The position numbers were made by a program, and so were the translations under genes. Shown piece by piece: positions 18,208 to 28,287 of a DNA stretch of 36,954 nt (position 1 is its first letter; each line of letters begins with the position of its first letter). The DNA comes from Pseudomonadales bacterium (lineage in GTDB: Bacteria > Pseudomonadota > Gammaproteobacteria > Pseudomonadales > Balneatricaceae). Under the pieces are notes generated by a model that was not told where the DNA came from, ran no database searches, and was given only the letters and a program-made list of their open reading frames with translations. The stretch lies in contig JBMZCU010000001.1 in NCBI GenBank assembly GCA_049613705.1, forward strand, positions 1-36,954. The letters are read 5' to 3'.

Positions 18208-19431
18208 ATGAATCACACAAAGAACGCTCTACCGCCGTTAATTCCCGTTGCCGAAGCTTTGACTCGTCTACTTGAAGATGTCCGCGCAACGCCGTCTTTT
18301 GAGACTGTGCCGCTATACAGCGCCGTTAATCGTATTTTGGCAGAGGCGTGCTGCTCCTCGGTTGATGTGCCGCCACAGGATAACAGCAGCATGGATGGCT
18401 ACGCATTGCACAGCGACAGTGTGAAAGATCTATCGACAGCGCTGGTTGTTTCACAGCGCATAACTGCAGGTACCGCACCACAGCCTCTACAAGAGGGTAC
18501 GGCTGCGAGAATTTTTACCGGCGCAGAGGTTCCGGTGGGGGCCAACGCTGTCGTCATGCAAGAGCAAGCTGTTGAAGAAGATGGGCGAGTGCGTTTTGAA
18601 AAGCCGGTCAGTGCGCGGCAAAACATTCGCCCGCGCGGGCAGGATATCCAAGCGCAGGCGCAGTTGTTTACGCCCGGCAAGCTATTGCAAGCTGCTGATT
18701 TGGGGGTGTTAGCGAGTGCAGGTCTGGCCAGTGTGAGCGTTTATCGCCCGCTGAAAGTGGCGATTCTATCAACAGGGGATGAGCTGGTTGAGCCTGGGGA
18801 TGAAATTTTGCCGGGGCAGATATACAACTCCAATCGGGCAGTACTGACTGCGCTGGTTGGCCAGTTAGGCATGGAGCTAGTGGACTTAGGCCGTGTGGCC
18901 GATACTTTTGAGGCAACAAAAGCTGCGTTGGCGCGTGCCGCAGAACAGGCGGATTTAGTGATCAGCACCGGTGGTGTGTCAGTGGGTGAGGAAGATCACA
19001 TTAAAAGCGCGGTTGAGGCACTCGGAGCGCTTAATTTATGGCGGATTAAACTCAAGCCGGGCAAGCCGCTAGCTTACGGCCGGGTAGGAGACGTTCCCTT
19101 CTTTGGATTGCCAGGTAACCCGGCCTCTGCGCTGATCACTTTTTGTCTGTTCGCTAAGCCTTATTTGATGAAGTTACAGGGCGCAGAGGTGATCGAGCCA
19201 ATGCGCTTTAAAGTTGAGGCTGATTTTGAGCATCGCCGCGCCGGCGCACGCGAAGAGTATATGCGTGGTATTTACAGCCAGGGTAAAGTGCGGGTGTTTA
19301 GCAACCAGAGCTCGGGAATGCTCTCCACGGCGAGTCGAGCCAATGGTTTGATTGTTATTGCGCCCGATGCGGTAATAGCGCGCGGAGAAAGTGTGGACTT
19401 TATTCCATTCAGCGAGCTTATTGCGCGTTAA
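18208..19431 (+). CDS. moeA: Molybdopterin molybdotransferase MoeA (gephyrin-like)
   Basis: DNSSMDGYA, RIFTGA, STGDEL, STGGVSVGEED, KPGKPLAYG, GLPGNP. Confidence 0.96.
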   Translation: MNHTKNALPPLIPVAEALTRLLEDVRATPSFETVPLYSAVNRILAEACCSSVDVPPQDNSSMDGYALHSDSVKDLSTALVVSQRITAGTAPQPLQEGTAARIFTGAEVPVGANAVVMQEQAVEEDGRVRFEKPVSARQNIRPRGQDIQAQAQLFTPGKLLQAADLGVLASAGLASVSVYRPLKVAILSTGDELVEPGDEILPGQIYNSNRAVLTALVGQLGMELVDLGRVADTFEATKAALARAAEQADLVISTGGVSVGEEDHIKSAVEALGALNLWRIKLKPGKPLAYGRVGDVPFFGLPGNPASALITFCLFAKPYLMKLQGAEVIEPMRFKVEADFEHRRAGAREEYMRGIYSQGKVRVFSNQSSGMLSTASRANGLIVIAPDAVIARGESVDFIPFSELIAR

Positions 19432-19498
19432 CGGTGCACATCTAAGGTGCAACAAGGTAGAATGAGCAGCTTTATATTCAGCTTAGGTAATAGCACCT

Positions 19499-20629
19499 GT
19501 GACAGTCGATCAAGATCCATATAGCGATATTCGCCCTTATAAAGACACAGAGGTGCCTAAGGTACTCAATGATCTTTTGCACAACGAAGAGTTGATAGGG
19601 GCGCTATGTCAGTATCGTATGCCTAAGCTTTATCGCTGGTTACCGGGTATTACAAGGCACATAGTGCGCATTGGCATGGCACGGCAATTTGGTGAGATTG
19701 AGTCTGTGCGTGACTTTCAAATGATGATTGCAGGCTACATGGAGAAAATGATCAGCCGCTCGACATCGAAAGTCAGTTGCAGTGGTGTTGAGCATATAGA
19801 TCCTGACAGCGCCTACCTGTTTATCTCGAACCACCGAGATATCGCGATGGACCCAGCCTTTGTCAACTGGATGCTCTATCACCAAGATATACCGACCCTG
19901 CGTATTGCCATTGGCGATAACCTACTGACGAAAGACTATGTATCAGATTTGATGCGTCTGAATAAAAGCTTCATTGTCAGGCGTTCTGCGAAGGCGCCGC
20001 GTGAGATGATGGCGGCGTTGACAAAACTATCCAGCTATATCGATTACAGTATTCAAGACGATTGCAATATCTGGATTGCACAGCGCGAGGGTCGTGCTAA
20101 AGATGGCAATGATGCCACTGATCCAGCACTGCTTAAAATGCTTTATATGTCTCAGCGCAAAGAGCGTAGTTTTGCGCAGGCGGTAAAACGTTTAAAGATA
20201 GTGCCTGTCTCTATTTCCTATCAATACGATCCCTGCGATTGTCAAAAGGCGCGAGAGCTTGCGATCAAAGCACAAGGATTGGATTACCAAAAGACTCAGC
20301 ACGAAGACGTTGAGAGTATCGTTGCGGGGATAACCGGCTTTAAAGGGCGTGTTCATGTGCACTTTGGCGATGAGATTACTGATGATATCGAGACGCCAGA
20401 AGCGCTAGCTCAGGAAATTGACCGTCAAATTCGCGCCAACTATCAATTGCACGATTCGAACTTGATTGCCGCAGGTGAACACGATGATATCGACAGTGCC
20501 ATCGTACAAGAGTTTGAGGCGCGCTTTGCCCAGTTGAGTGATGCCGAGCGCGACATCGCCTATAAGATGTATGCAAATCCCGTACATAACCAGCGCAGTG
20601 CTCAGAGCGCTGTTGCGGTTACACAATAG
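19499..20629 (+). CDS. PlsC-superfamily glycerolipid acyltransferase (long form)
   Basis: HX4D motif NHRDIAMD, IAIGDNLL, WIAQREGRAKDG; GTG start. Confidence 0.85.
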   Translation: MTVDQDPYSDIRPYKDTEVPKVLNDLLHNEELIGALCQYRMPKLYRWLPGITRHIVRIGMARQFGEIESVRDFQMMIAGYMEKMISRSTSKVSCSGVEHIDPDSAYLFISNHRDIAMDPAFVNWMLYHQDIPTLRIAIGDNLLTKDYVSDLMRLNKSFIVRRSAKAPREMMAALTKLSSYIDYSIQDDCNIWIAQREGRAKDGNDATDPALLKMLYMSQRKERSFAQAVKRLKIVPVSISYQYDPCDCQKARELAIKAQGLDYQKTQHEDVESIVAGITGFKGRVHVHFGDEITDDIETPEALAQEIDRQIRANYQLHDSNLIAAGEHDDIDSAIVQEFEARFAQLSDAERDIAYKMYANPVHNQRSAQSAVAVTQ

Positions 20630-20669
20630 AACGAATTAGAGCGCTGGCTCTACCATAGCGGAGAAGAGA

Positions 20670-21149
20670 ATGTCCGGATTAACTCACCTCGATGCGCAGG
20701 GTAATGCGCAGATGGTCGATGTGTCTGAAAAATCGGTGACCCACCGTGTTGCTACAGCGTACGCAGAAATCCACATGCTGCCTGAGACGCTATCGATGAT
20801 TGCCGGTGGCACCCATAAAAAAGGTGATGTATTGGCTGTTGCGCGGGTTGCCGGGATTATGGCGGCAAAGAAAACCAGTGATTTGATCCCTATGTGTCAT
20901 CCACTGATGCTGGCCAAGGTGAACATTGAATTAGATTTAGATACTGAGCGCAGCTTGGTAGCTGTCACCGCAACGTGTAAGTTGGCCGGACAGACCGGGG
21001 TCGAAATGGAAGCGCTGACCGCCGCGAGCGTCAGTGCGCTGACAATATACGATATGTGTAAAGCGGTAGATAAGGGTATGCAAGTGCAGAACCTTAAGTT
21101 ACTGGAAAAGCTTGGCGGTAAGAGCGGGCACTGGAAGGCGGAGGGGTAA
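20670..21149 (+). CDS. moaC: Cyclic pyranopterin monophosphate synthase MoaC
   Basis: [40 protein letters not shown]. Confidence 0.98.
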   Translation: MSGLTHLDAQGNAQMVDVSEKSVTHRVATAYAEIHMLPETLSMIAGGTHKKGDVLAVARVAGIMAAKKTSDLIPMCHPLMLAKVNIELDLDTERSLVAVTATCKLAGQTGVEMEALTAASVSALTIYDMCKAVDKGMQVQNLKLLEKLGGKSGHWKAEG

Positions 21150-21404
21150 ATGTTAAAGCTGGTCTATTTTGCGAGTATTCGCGAGCGTTTGGGGCTGGGT
21201 GATGAGCAGATTGAGCACCCTGAAGGCGTGAGCAGTGTGGCGGACTTGATTACTTGGTTAGCTCAGCAGCGTGAAGCTCAATGGGGTGAAACCCTGGCCG
21301 ATGAAAGTACTTTGATAGCGCTTAATCAGGAAATGGTTGGGCGCGATGCCGCGCTCAGTGACGGTGATGAGGTTGCGTTTTTTCCCCCGGTCACGGGTGG
21401 TTGA
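21150..21404 (+). CDS. moaD: Molybdopterin synthase sulfur carrier subunit MoaD
   Basis: YFASIRE and C-terminal DGDEVAFFPPVTGG. Confidence 0.97.
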   Translation: MLKLVYFASIRERLGLGDEQIEHPEGVSSVADLITWLAQQREAQWGETLADESTLIALNQEMVGRDAALSDGDEVAFFPPVTGG

Positions 21405-21412
21405 GGAAAGTT

Positions 21413-22141
21413 ATGTCTCAAGTAGTTAACTTTGTGCGCGCGCTGCTCTACTACGGCGCGTTTTATCCAGCAACAATCATTTATAGTTTGCTGTGTCTGT
21501 GTATTGCTAAATGGCTGCCCTTCGAGCCGCGTTTTCGCTTCGTAACGACGCTCAACTTCTTCTATATCTTTTGGTTGCGGGTGTGCTGTGGGGTCAAAGT
21601 GGACATCCAAGGGCGTGAGAACCTGCCTGCACAGGGCGCTTATGTAGCCATCGCGAATCACCAGAGTGAGTGGGAGACTATCTACTTCCAAACGTTGATC
21701 AGGCCACAGTGTATTGTGTTGAAACAAGAGCTGTTGAAGATCCCTTTCTTTGGCTGGGCGCTGGCACTGTTGGATCCAATTGCGATTGATAGAAGTCAGC
21801 GCCGCGGTGCATTAAAGCAGCTATTAGGGCAGGGTAAGGATCGCCTTGAAAAGGGGATTCCGGTGATTATCTTCCCTCAGGGGACGCGCCTGCCCGCAGG
21901 TGAATTCGGTAAGTTTAACAAGGGTGGCGCTATGTTGGCCGCCAGTGCCGAAGTGCCTTTGGTGCCTATGGTGCACAACGCTGGGCTTTTTTGGCCGGGC
22001 AAATCCTTTCTCAAAAAGCCGGGTACGATTACATTGCGCATTGGTAAACCGGTTGCGAGTGTTGAGCGCTCTGTCGATGAGATACACACAGAGAGTGTCG
22101 ATTGGATGAAGGCGCAAATGACTGAGCTAGACGCGCGCTAG
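21413..22141 (+). CDS. plsC: 1-acyl-sn-glycerol-3-phosphate acyltransferase
   Basis: NHQSEWET, LKQELLKIPFFGW, AIDR, IFPQGTR; ATG 21413 behind GAGGA. Confidence 0.88.
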   Translation: MSQVVNFVRALLYYGAFYPATIIYSLLCLCIAKWLPFEPRFRFVTTLNFFYIFWLRVCCGVKVDIQGRENLPAQGAYVAIANHQSEWETIYFQTLIRPQCIVLKQELLKIPFFGWALALLDPIAIDRSQRRGALKQLLGQGKDRLEKGIPVIIFPQGTRLPAGEFGKFNKGGAMLAASAEVPLVPMVHNAGLFWPGKSFLKKPGTITLRIGKPVASVERSVDEIHTESVDWMKAQMTELDAR

Positions 22142-22149
22142 AGGTATCT

Positions 22150-22551
22150 GTGTCACTGAGTAGACTGGAAATCGTCAACCGAATCACGAAAAGCTTTCCA
22201 GGTGTAGAGCTGATTTATCTGTTTGGTTCGCGCGCTAAGCGAGAGGCGTCAGAGAACAGTGATTGGGATTTGGCGATCTTAAGTCGCGTGCCGATTGATA
22301 ATTTTGCACGTTGGGAGTGTGCTCAAGCTCTGGCTGTTGAACTGGCTCAGGATGTTGATTTGGTCGATCTCTCCAATGCATCGACTGTGTTGCAGCAGCA
22401 GGTTGTTGACTCTGGTGAGTTGCTCTATGGTGAACGTGAGCGCGAGGAGTATTTTGCCGTTACTGTTATGTCTATGTATCAACACCTACAAGAGCAGCGT
22501 GCTACGCTAGTTGAAGCTTTTGTCGAGGAGGTCAGGCGAGATGGCGAGTGA
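22150..22551 (+). CDS. mntA: MntA-type minimal nucleotidyltransferase antitoxin (type VII TA)
   Basis: GSX10DXD motif (FGSRAKREASENSDWD), VDLVDL; upstream of and overlapping a HEPN gene. Confidence 0.9.
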   Translation: MSLSRLEIVNRITKSFPGVELIYLFGSRAKREASENSDWDLAILSRVPIDNFARWECAQALAVELAQDVDLVDLSNASTVLQQQVVDSGELLYGEREREEYFAVTVMSMYQHLQEQRATLVEAFVEEVRRDGE

Positions 22552-22948
22552 TATAGTGCTCAATAAAGTGGCCACAATTAAACGCTGCATTGGTCGAATT
22601 CGTGAAGTCTACGCCGACGATGAAGCTCAGTTCCGTACAGATTACACGCGCCAGGACTCGGTGTTGCTCAACCTTCAGCGCTGTTGTGAGGCGAGCATAG
22701 ATATTGCAAACGTCATCATTCGCCGCGAAGGTTTGGGTTTGCCGCAGTCTGCAAGAGATAGCTTCGAGCTGCTCAGCACACGCGATTATCTAAGCCCTTC
22801 TATCGCACTACAGATGCAGAAAATGGTGGGGCTGCGAAACGTCGCAGTACACGATTATCAAAAACTAAACCTCGATATAGTGATAGCTGTCGTCGAGCGT
22901 CATTTAAAGGATTTTGAGCGCTTTTGCTCTGTCGCGATTGATGCCTAA
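22541..22948 (+). CDS. hepT: HepT-type HEPN (DUF86) ribonuclease toxin
   Basis: RX4HXY motif RNVAVHDY, LNLQRCCEASIDIA; ATG 22541 overlaps the mntA 3' end. Confidence 0.9.
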   Translation: MASDIVLNKVATIKRCIGRIREVYADDEAQFRTDYTRQDSVLLNLQRCCEASIDIANVIIRREGLGLPQSARDSFELLSTRDYLSPSIALQMQKMVGLRNVAVHDYQKLNLDIVIAVVERHLKDFERFCSVAIDA

Positions 22949-23004
22949 AAGTATTGTCCTGCGCTGAGCTACCTTCTGAACGACCTTTACTTTCTTTAGC
23001 GCAC

Positions 23005-23030
23005 AAAAAAGCCTCAATTGAGGCTTTTTT
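23005..23030. terminator. Bidirectional intrinsic terminator between hepT and fabB
   Basis: Perfect palindrome AAAAAAGCCTCAATTGAGGCTTTTTT. Confidence 0.92.
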
Positions 23031-23051
23031 ACATTTAGCGCTGGCGGATCT

Positions 23052-24266
23052 TTAGATCTTTTGGAATACCAGTGTAGAGTTAGTGCCGCCAAAGCCGAAG
23101 CTGTTTGACATCACGCGCTCGAGCTTGACGCCATCAAGGCGCTCGCGAACGATGGGTAGCTCAGCCGCTTCAGGGTCAATCTCTTCGATGTTTGCAGAAG
23201 CGCAGATGAAGTCGTTCTGCTGCATAAGGAGGCAGTAAATCGCTTCTTGAACACCTGTGGCGCCAAGCGAGTGGCCCGTGAGTGACTTAGTAGAGCTCAC
23301 TGGTGGCATTTTGTCAGCGAAGGTGGCTTTCATTGCTTTGAGCTCTTGAACATCCCCTGCAGGTGTCGATGTGCCGTGTGAGTTGATGTAATCAATGTCA
23401 CCTTCGACAGTGCTCATGGCTTGTTGCATGCAGCGTACAGCGCCTTCGCCAGAAGGAGCTACCATGTCGTAGCCATCAGAAGTTGCGCCGTAGCCGACGA
23501 GCTCTGCATAAATCTTAGCGCCGCGCGCAACAGCGTGTTCGTACTCTTCAAGTACTAGCATGCCGCCACCGCCGGCGATGACGAAGCCATCGCGGTTGGC
23601 ATCGTAAGCGCGTGAAGCGTTTTCTGGGGTTTCGTTGTATTTAGTAGACAGGGCGCCCATGGCGTCAAACATAACGCTTAGCGACCAGTGGAGTTCTTCA
23701 CCGCCGCCGGCGAAGACAATGTCTTGCTTACCGAGCTGAATTTGCTCCATCGCGCTGCCGATACAGTGCGCGCTGGTGGCACAGGCAGATGTGATTGAGT
23801 AATTGACGCCTTTGATCTTGAAAGGTGTTGCAAGACAGGCGGAAACGGTACTGCCCATCGTGCGCGTGACGCGGTATGGGCCGACGCGGCGGACACCTTT
23901 GTCGCGCAAGATGTCAGCAGTTTCGACGATGTCGGCAGATGATGCGCCACCAGAGCCGGCGATGAGTCCTGTGCGAACATTGGAAACTTGCTCTTCGCTG
24001 AGACCTGCATCGGCGATGGCCTGCTCCATAGAGATATAAGCATAGGCTGCTGCATTGCCCATAAAGCGTAGCAATTTACGGTCAATTTTGTCGGCGATGT
24101 CTAGGTCATCGACGCTACCTGCGACGTGGCTGCGAAAGCCCATGTCTTTGTATTCTTGCTGGAATTTAATTCCAGACTTACCCTCTTTAAGGGCGTCGAT
24201 GACGGTGTCTTTATCTGTACCTAGGCAAGATACAATTCCCATTCCTGTGACGACGACGCGTTTCAT
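23052..24266 (-). CDS. fabB: 3-oxoacyl-ACP synthase I
   Basis: [10 protein letters not shown], catalytic [35 protein letters not shown]; downstream of fabA. Confidence 0.97.
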   Translation of the reverse strand: MKRVVVTGMGIVSCLGTDKDTVIDALKEGKSGIKFQQEYKDMGFRSHVAGSVDDLDIADKIDRKLLRFMGNAAAYAYISMEQAIADAGLSEEQVSNVRTGLIAGSGGASSADIVETADILRDKGVRRVGPYRVTRTMGSTVSACLATPFKIKGVNYSITSACATSAHCIGSAMEQIQLGKQDIVFAGGGEELHWSLSVMFDAMGALSTKYNETPENASRAYDANRDGFVIAGGGGMLVLEEYEHAVARGAKIYAELVGYGATSDGYDMVAPSGEGAVRCMQQAMSTVEGDIDYINSHGTSTPAGDVQELKAMKATFADKMPPVSSTKSLTGHSLGATGVQEAIYCLLMQQNDFICASANIEEIDPEAAELPIVRERLDGVKLERVMSNSFGFGGTNSTLVFQKI

Positions 24267-24292
24267 TGGGGAACTCCTTATTGTGTTGGTAT

Positions 24293-24325
24293 AAAAAACC
24301 GCCGCACCCTATGGGTTGCAGCGGT
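24293..24325 (-). terminator. Terminator-like hairpin between fabA and fabB
   Basis: Minus strand ACCGCTGCAACCC-ATA-GGGTGCGGCGGT followed by TTTTT. Confidence 0.65.
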
Positions 24326-24333
24326 AATTCGAA

Positions 24334-24849
24334 TTAGAAATCTTCAGTAGAAGTGAATAGGCCGACTTTGAGATCTTTGGCGCTGTAAATCTCTTTACCG
24401 TCGACAGACATAGAGGCGTCGGCGATGCCCATGACCAGCTTGCGCTCGATGAGGCGTTTGACTTGGATGTGATAGGTGACTTTCTTGGCGCTTGGCAGGA
24501 CTTGGCCGAAAAACTTAACCTCTCCTGCGCCTAGCGCGCGACCGCGTCCAGGGTTGCCCTTCCAGCCGAGGAAGAAGCCGACGAGCTGCCACATGGCGTC
24601 TAGTCCTAAGCAGCCTGGCATCACAGGGTCTGTGGGAAAATGGCAGTCGAAAAACCAGAGGTCTGGATTGATGTCTAGCTCTGCGATGATTTCGCCTTTG
24701 CCAAACTCTCCACCGTCAGCGGTAATAGTTGTGATGCGATCCATCATCAGCATGTTGCCGACGGGAAGACGGGCATTGCCCAGTCCAAACATTTCGCCAT
24801 TGCCGCAGCTGAGCAGCTCATCGCGATTAAACGAAGAAGGTCTAGTCAT
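24334..24849 (-). CDS. fabA: 3-hydroxydecanoyl-ACP dehydratase/isomerase
   Basis: [33 protein letters not shown]; start taken at ATG 24849 (171 aa), alternative 24867. Confidence 0.97.
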   Translation of the reverse strand: MTRPSSFNRDELLSCGNGEMFGLGNARLPVGNMLMMDRITTITADGGEFGKGEIIAELDINPDLWFFDCHFPTDPVMPGCLGLDAMWQLVGFFLGWKGNPGRGRALGAGEVKFFGQVLPSAKKVTYHIQVKRLIERKLVMGIADASMSVDGKEIYSAKDLKVGLFTSTEDF

Positions 24850-24865
24850 GTGAAAAAGTGTACTC
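24850..24865. promoter_or_regulatory. Candidate FabR/DesT-type operator at the fabA start
   Basis: GTGAAAAAGTGTACTC matches 12/16 positions of the E. coli FabR-type site as I recall it (GCGTACAAGTGTACGC); lies downstream of a minus-strand TATAAT at 24886-24891. Confidence 0.4.
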
Positions 24866-25027
24866 ATCTTATGAATTATCGAGCGATTATACCCAAGCTA
24901 ATTTGATTAGGCACGGATTAGCCACGATAAAACCGGGCTTTTGCACAATTAATCGGCAATTTTGAGGAATTATCAGAACGAAATTTAAGTTTTTCCGCCA
25001 AGGGCTGGGGCCGCAGCCCCAGAGGAT

Positions 25028-25996
25028 TTAAGCTTTGCGTTTGACAGCTAAGTGAGCGAGTGTGATGAGCGTGTCTTTGAAACTTGATTCTGGCAGAGCA
25101 TGCAGTGCATCGATAGCCAGTTGAGATTGCTCAAGGGCGCGCTGCTGAGCGTAGTCAATCGCGCCGGTGTCGTGAATGGCTTCCAGAACAGGGGTGAGAT
25201 CTTCCAGCCCGCCTTCGCGAATAGCCTTGCGGATGAGTTTGCGAGCGTCGGGTTGCGCTTCTTTCATTGCCTGGATCAGCGGCAGTGTCGCTTTGCCTTC
25301 AGCGAGGTCATCACCGGTGTTCTTGCCCATTTCATCGGCGCTGCTGAGGTAGTCCATGACATCGTCTACCAGCTGGAACGCGATACCAAGGTGTCGACCG
25401 TAGAGGCGAAGGGCTTCTTGTTCAGCACTGCTAGCACCTGCGAGAATGCCGCCGACTTGGGTGGCTGCCTCAAACAGCATGGCTGTTTTGCCGATGATAA
25501 CTTTCATGTAGTCGTCTTCGCTGAGGTCGGGGTTGCGAGCATTTAATAGCTGCAGAACTTCGCCCTCGGCGATGACGTTTGTGGCATTAGATATGACTTG
25601 CATGATCTGCATGTCGCCGATGTCGACCATGATTTGAAAGGCGCGTGAATAGAGGAAGTCCCCCACTAATACGCTCGGCGCATTGCCCCACTTGGCATTG
25701 GCAGTGTCCTTGCCGCGGCGCAAATCAGAGTTGTCGACAACGTCATCGTGCAGCAGTGTCGCAGTGTGGATAAATTCGATCACCGCGGCGAGTTCGATGT
25801 GTTTTTCGCCACTGTAGTGGCAGGCATTACTCGCAAGTAAAACTAAGAGCGGACGGAATCGCTTGCCACCACTTTGAACTATATAGTGGCCAATTTTTTC
25901 AACCAGTGGGACGTTGGATCCTAAGTGGTTGATGATAAAGTCATTTACGGCTTCAAACTGAGGTTCGATCAGCGGGTTTAGCTGGTGTGGCTGCAT
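25028..25996 (-). CDS. ispB: Octaprenyl-diphosphate synthase
   Basis: GGKRFRP, LLHDDVVD (FARM), RRG, FQLVDDVMD (SARM), DDLAEGKATLP; divergent from rplU; start at ATG 25996. Confidence 0.95.
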   Translation of the reverse strand: MQPHQLNPLIEPQFEAVNDFIINHLGSNVPLVEKIGHYIVQSGGKRFRPLLVLLASNACHYSGEKHIELAAVIEFIHTATLLHDDVVDNSDLRRGKDTANAKWGNAPSVLVGDFLYSRAFQIMVDIGDMQIMQVISNATNVIAEGEVLQLLNARNPDLSEDDYMKVIIGKTAMLFEAATQVGGILAGASSAEQEALRLYGRHLGIAFQLVDDVMDYLSSADEMGKNTGDDLAEGKATLPLIQAMKEAQPDARKLIRKAIREGGLEDLTPVLEAIHDTGAIDYAQQRALEQSQLAIDALHALPESSFKDTLITLAHLAVKRKA

Positions 25997-26027
25997 AGTC
26001 TTTTTCGTCGATTTCAAGAGTTAGGCA

Positions 26028-26056
26028 ATGCTAGGGGGTGGCACTAAATCTGTCAA
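26028..26056 (-). promoter_or_regulatory. Sigma70 promoter for ispB
   Basis: Minus strand TTGACA-N17-TAGCAT. Confidence 0.7.
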
Positions 26057-26111
26057 GCCGATGGGTGCTGCGATCTGGTGTGTAATTGGTTGGAAATTGC
26101 GCATTATTTGC

Positions 26112-26149
26112 TTGTGATTAGCAGTGCTTTACTATAGAATCCTGCGCCC
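26112..26149 (+). promoter_or_regulatory. Sigma70 promoter for rplU-rpmA with GC-rich discriminator
   Basis: TTGTGA-N17-TAGAAT followed by CCTGCGCCC, typical of stringently controlled r-protein promoters. Confidence 0.7.
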
Positions 26150-26244
26150 TAAGCTTATCCACCATTTAGCTCCCTGTTATATGGCGTGCCATTAGAAGCA
26201 GGTTTTCTTTTCAGTAGCCGGATAAGCGTAAATTGGAGATAAAC

Positions 26245-26556
26245 ATGTTTGCAGTTATTGTAAGCGGCGGTAAGCAATACCGTGTAGAAGAAGGCCACAC
26301 TCTACGTCTAGAGAAGTTGGCAGTAGAAGCTGGTTCTAGCATCGATTTCGACCGTGTTCTCATGGTTGGCAATGGCGACGACGTTAAAGTTGGTGAGCCA
26401 GTTGTTAGCGGTGCTAAAGTTTCTGCAGAAGTAGTAAGCCACGGTCGCGGTGAAAAGGTATCTATTATCAAGTTCCGTCGTCGTAAGCACTCAATGAAGC
26501 GTCAGGGTCACCGTCAGTGGTACACTGAAGTAAAAATCACAGGCATCAGCGCTTAA
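26245..26556 (+). CDS. rplU: 50S ribosomal protein L21
   Basis: [28 protein letters not shown]; ATG 26245 behind GGAG. Confidence 0.99.
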   Translation: MFAVIVSGGKQYRVEEGHTLRLEKLAVEAGSSIDFDRVLMVGNGDDVKVGEPVVSGAKVSAEVVSHGRGEKVSIIKFRRRKHSMKRQGHRQWYTEVKITGISA

Positions 26557-26579
26557 GCTGATCTAGTTGGAGATAACTC

Positions 26580-26837
26580 ATGGCTCATAAGAAAGCTGGT
26601 GGTTCTACTCGTAACGGTCGCGACTCGAACGCAAAACGTCTAGGTGTTAAGCGTTTCGGTGGTCAAGTTGTGACTGCAGGCAGCATCATCGTACGTCAGC
26701 GCGGTACTAAGTTCCACGCTGGTACTAACGTAGGTTGCGGCAAGGATCACACGTTGTTTGCCAAAGCAGATGGCGTTGTTAAATTTGAAGTTAAAGGCCC
26801 GAAAAACCGTAAGTACATCACCATCGTACCTGCATAA
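26580..26837 (+). CDS. rpmA: 50S ribosomal protein L27
   Basis: [24 protein letters not shown]. Confidence 0.99.
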   Translation: MAHKKAGGSTRNGRDSNAKRLGVKRFGGQVVTAGSIIVRQRGTKFHAGTNVGCGKDHTLFAKADGVVKFEVKGPKNRKYITIVPA

Positions 26838-26855
26838 TTAGGCGTTTTAACAGAG

Positions 26856-26885
26856 AAAAGCCCCGCAGAGCGGGGCTTTTTTTTT
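26856..26885 (+). terminator. Intrinsic terminator after rpmA
   Basis: AAAAGCCCCGC-AGA-GCGGGGCTTTTTTTTT. Confidence 0.92.
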
Positions 26886-27073
26886 GTGTGTTGATATTAT
26901 TGTCTAGCTGTTCTGGTGTGTCGCATCTGGGTTTGAGCGGTTCAATCGGATCGACTTGTGGATAAGTCTGTTAGGTGTTTGCAGTTGATTGCGAGTCAAT
27001 GCAAGTGCGAATACCGTCACGGCCGCCGAGGCGGCAATTCCCGTTAAGATAGCGGGTGTATTTTGGGGGATAG

Positions 27074-28279
<1,206 letters not shown>

Positions 28280-28287
28280 GGGTTACG

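Noticed and set aside
21650-21680. HX4E instead of HX4D in PlsC
   Set aside because: NHQSxWET is a familiar variant in proteobacterial PlsC-family enzymes and not evidence of inactivation.
25005-25022. GC hairpin CTGGGGC-CGCA-GCCCCAG downstream of ispB
   Set aside because: No U-tract on the coding strand, so it cannot be called a terminator with confidence.
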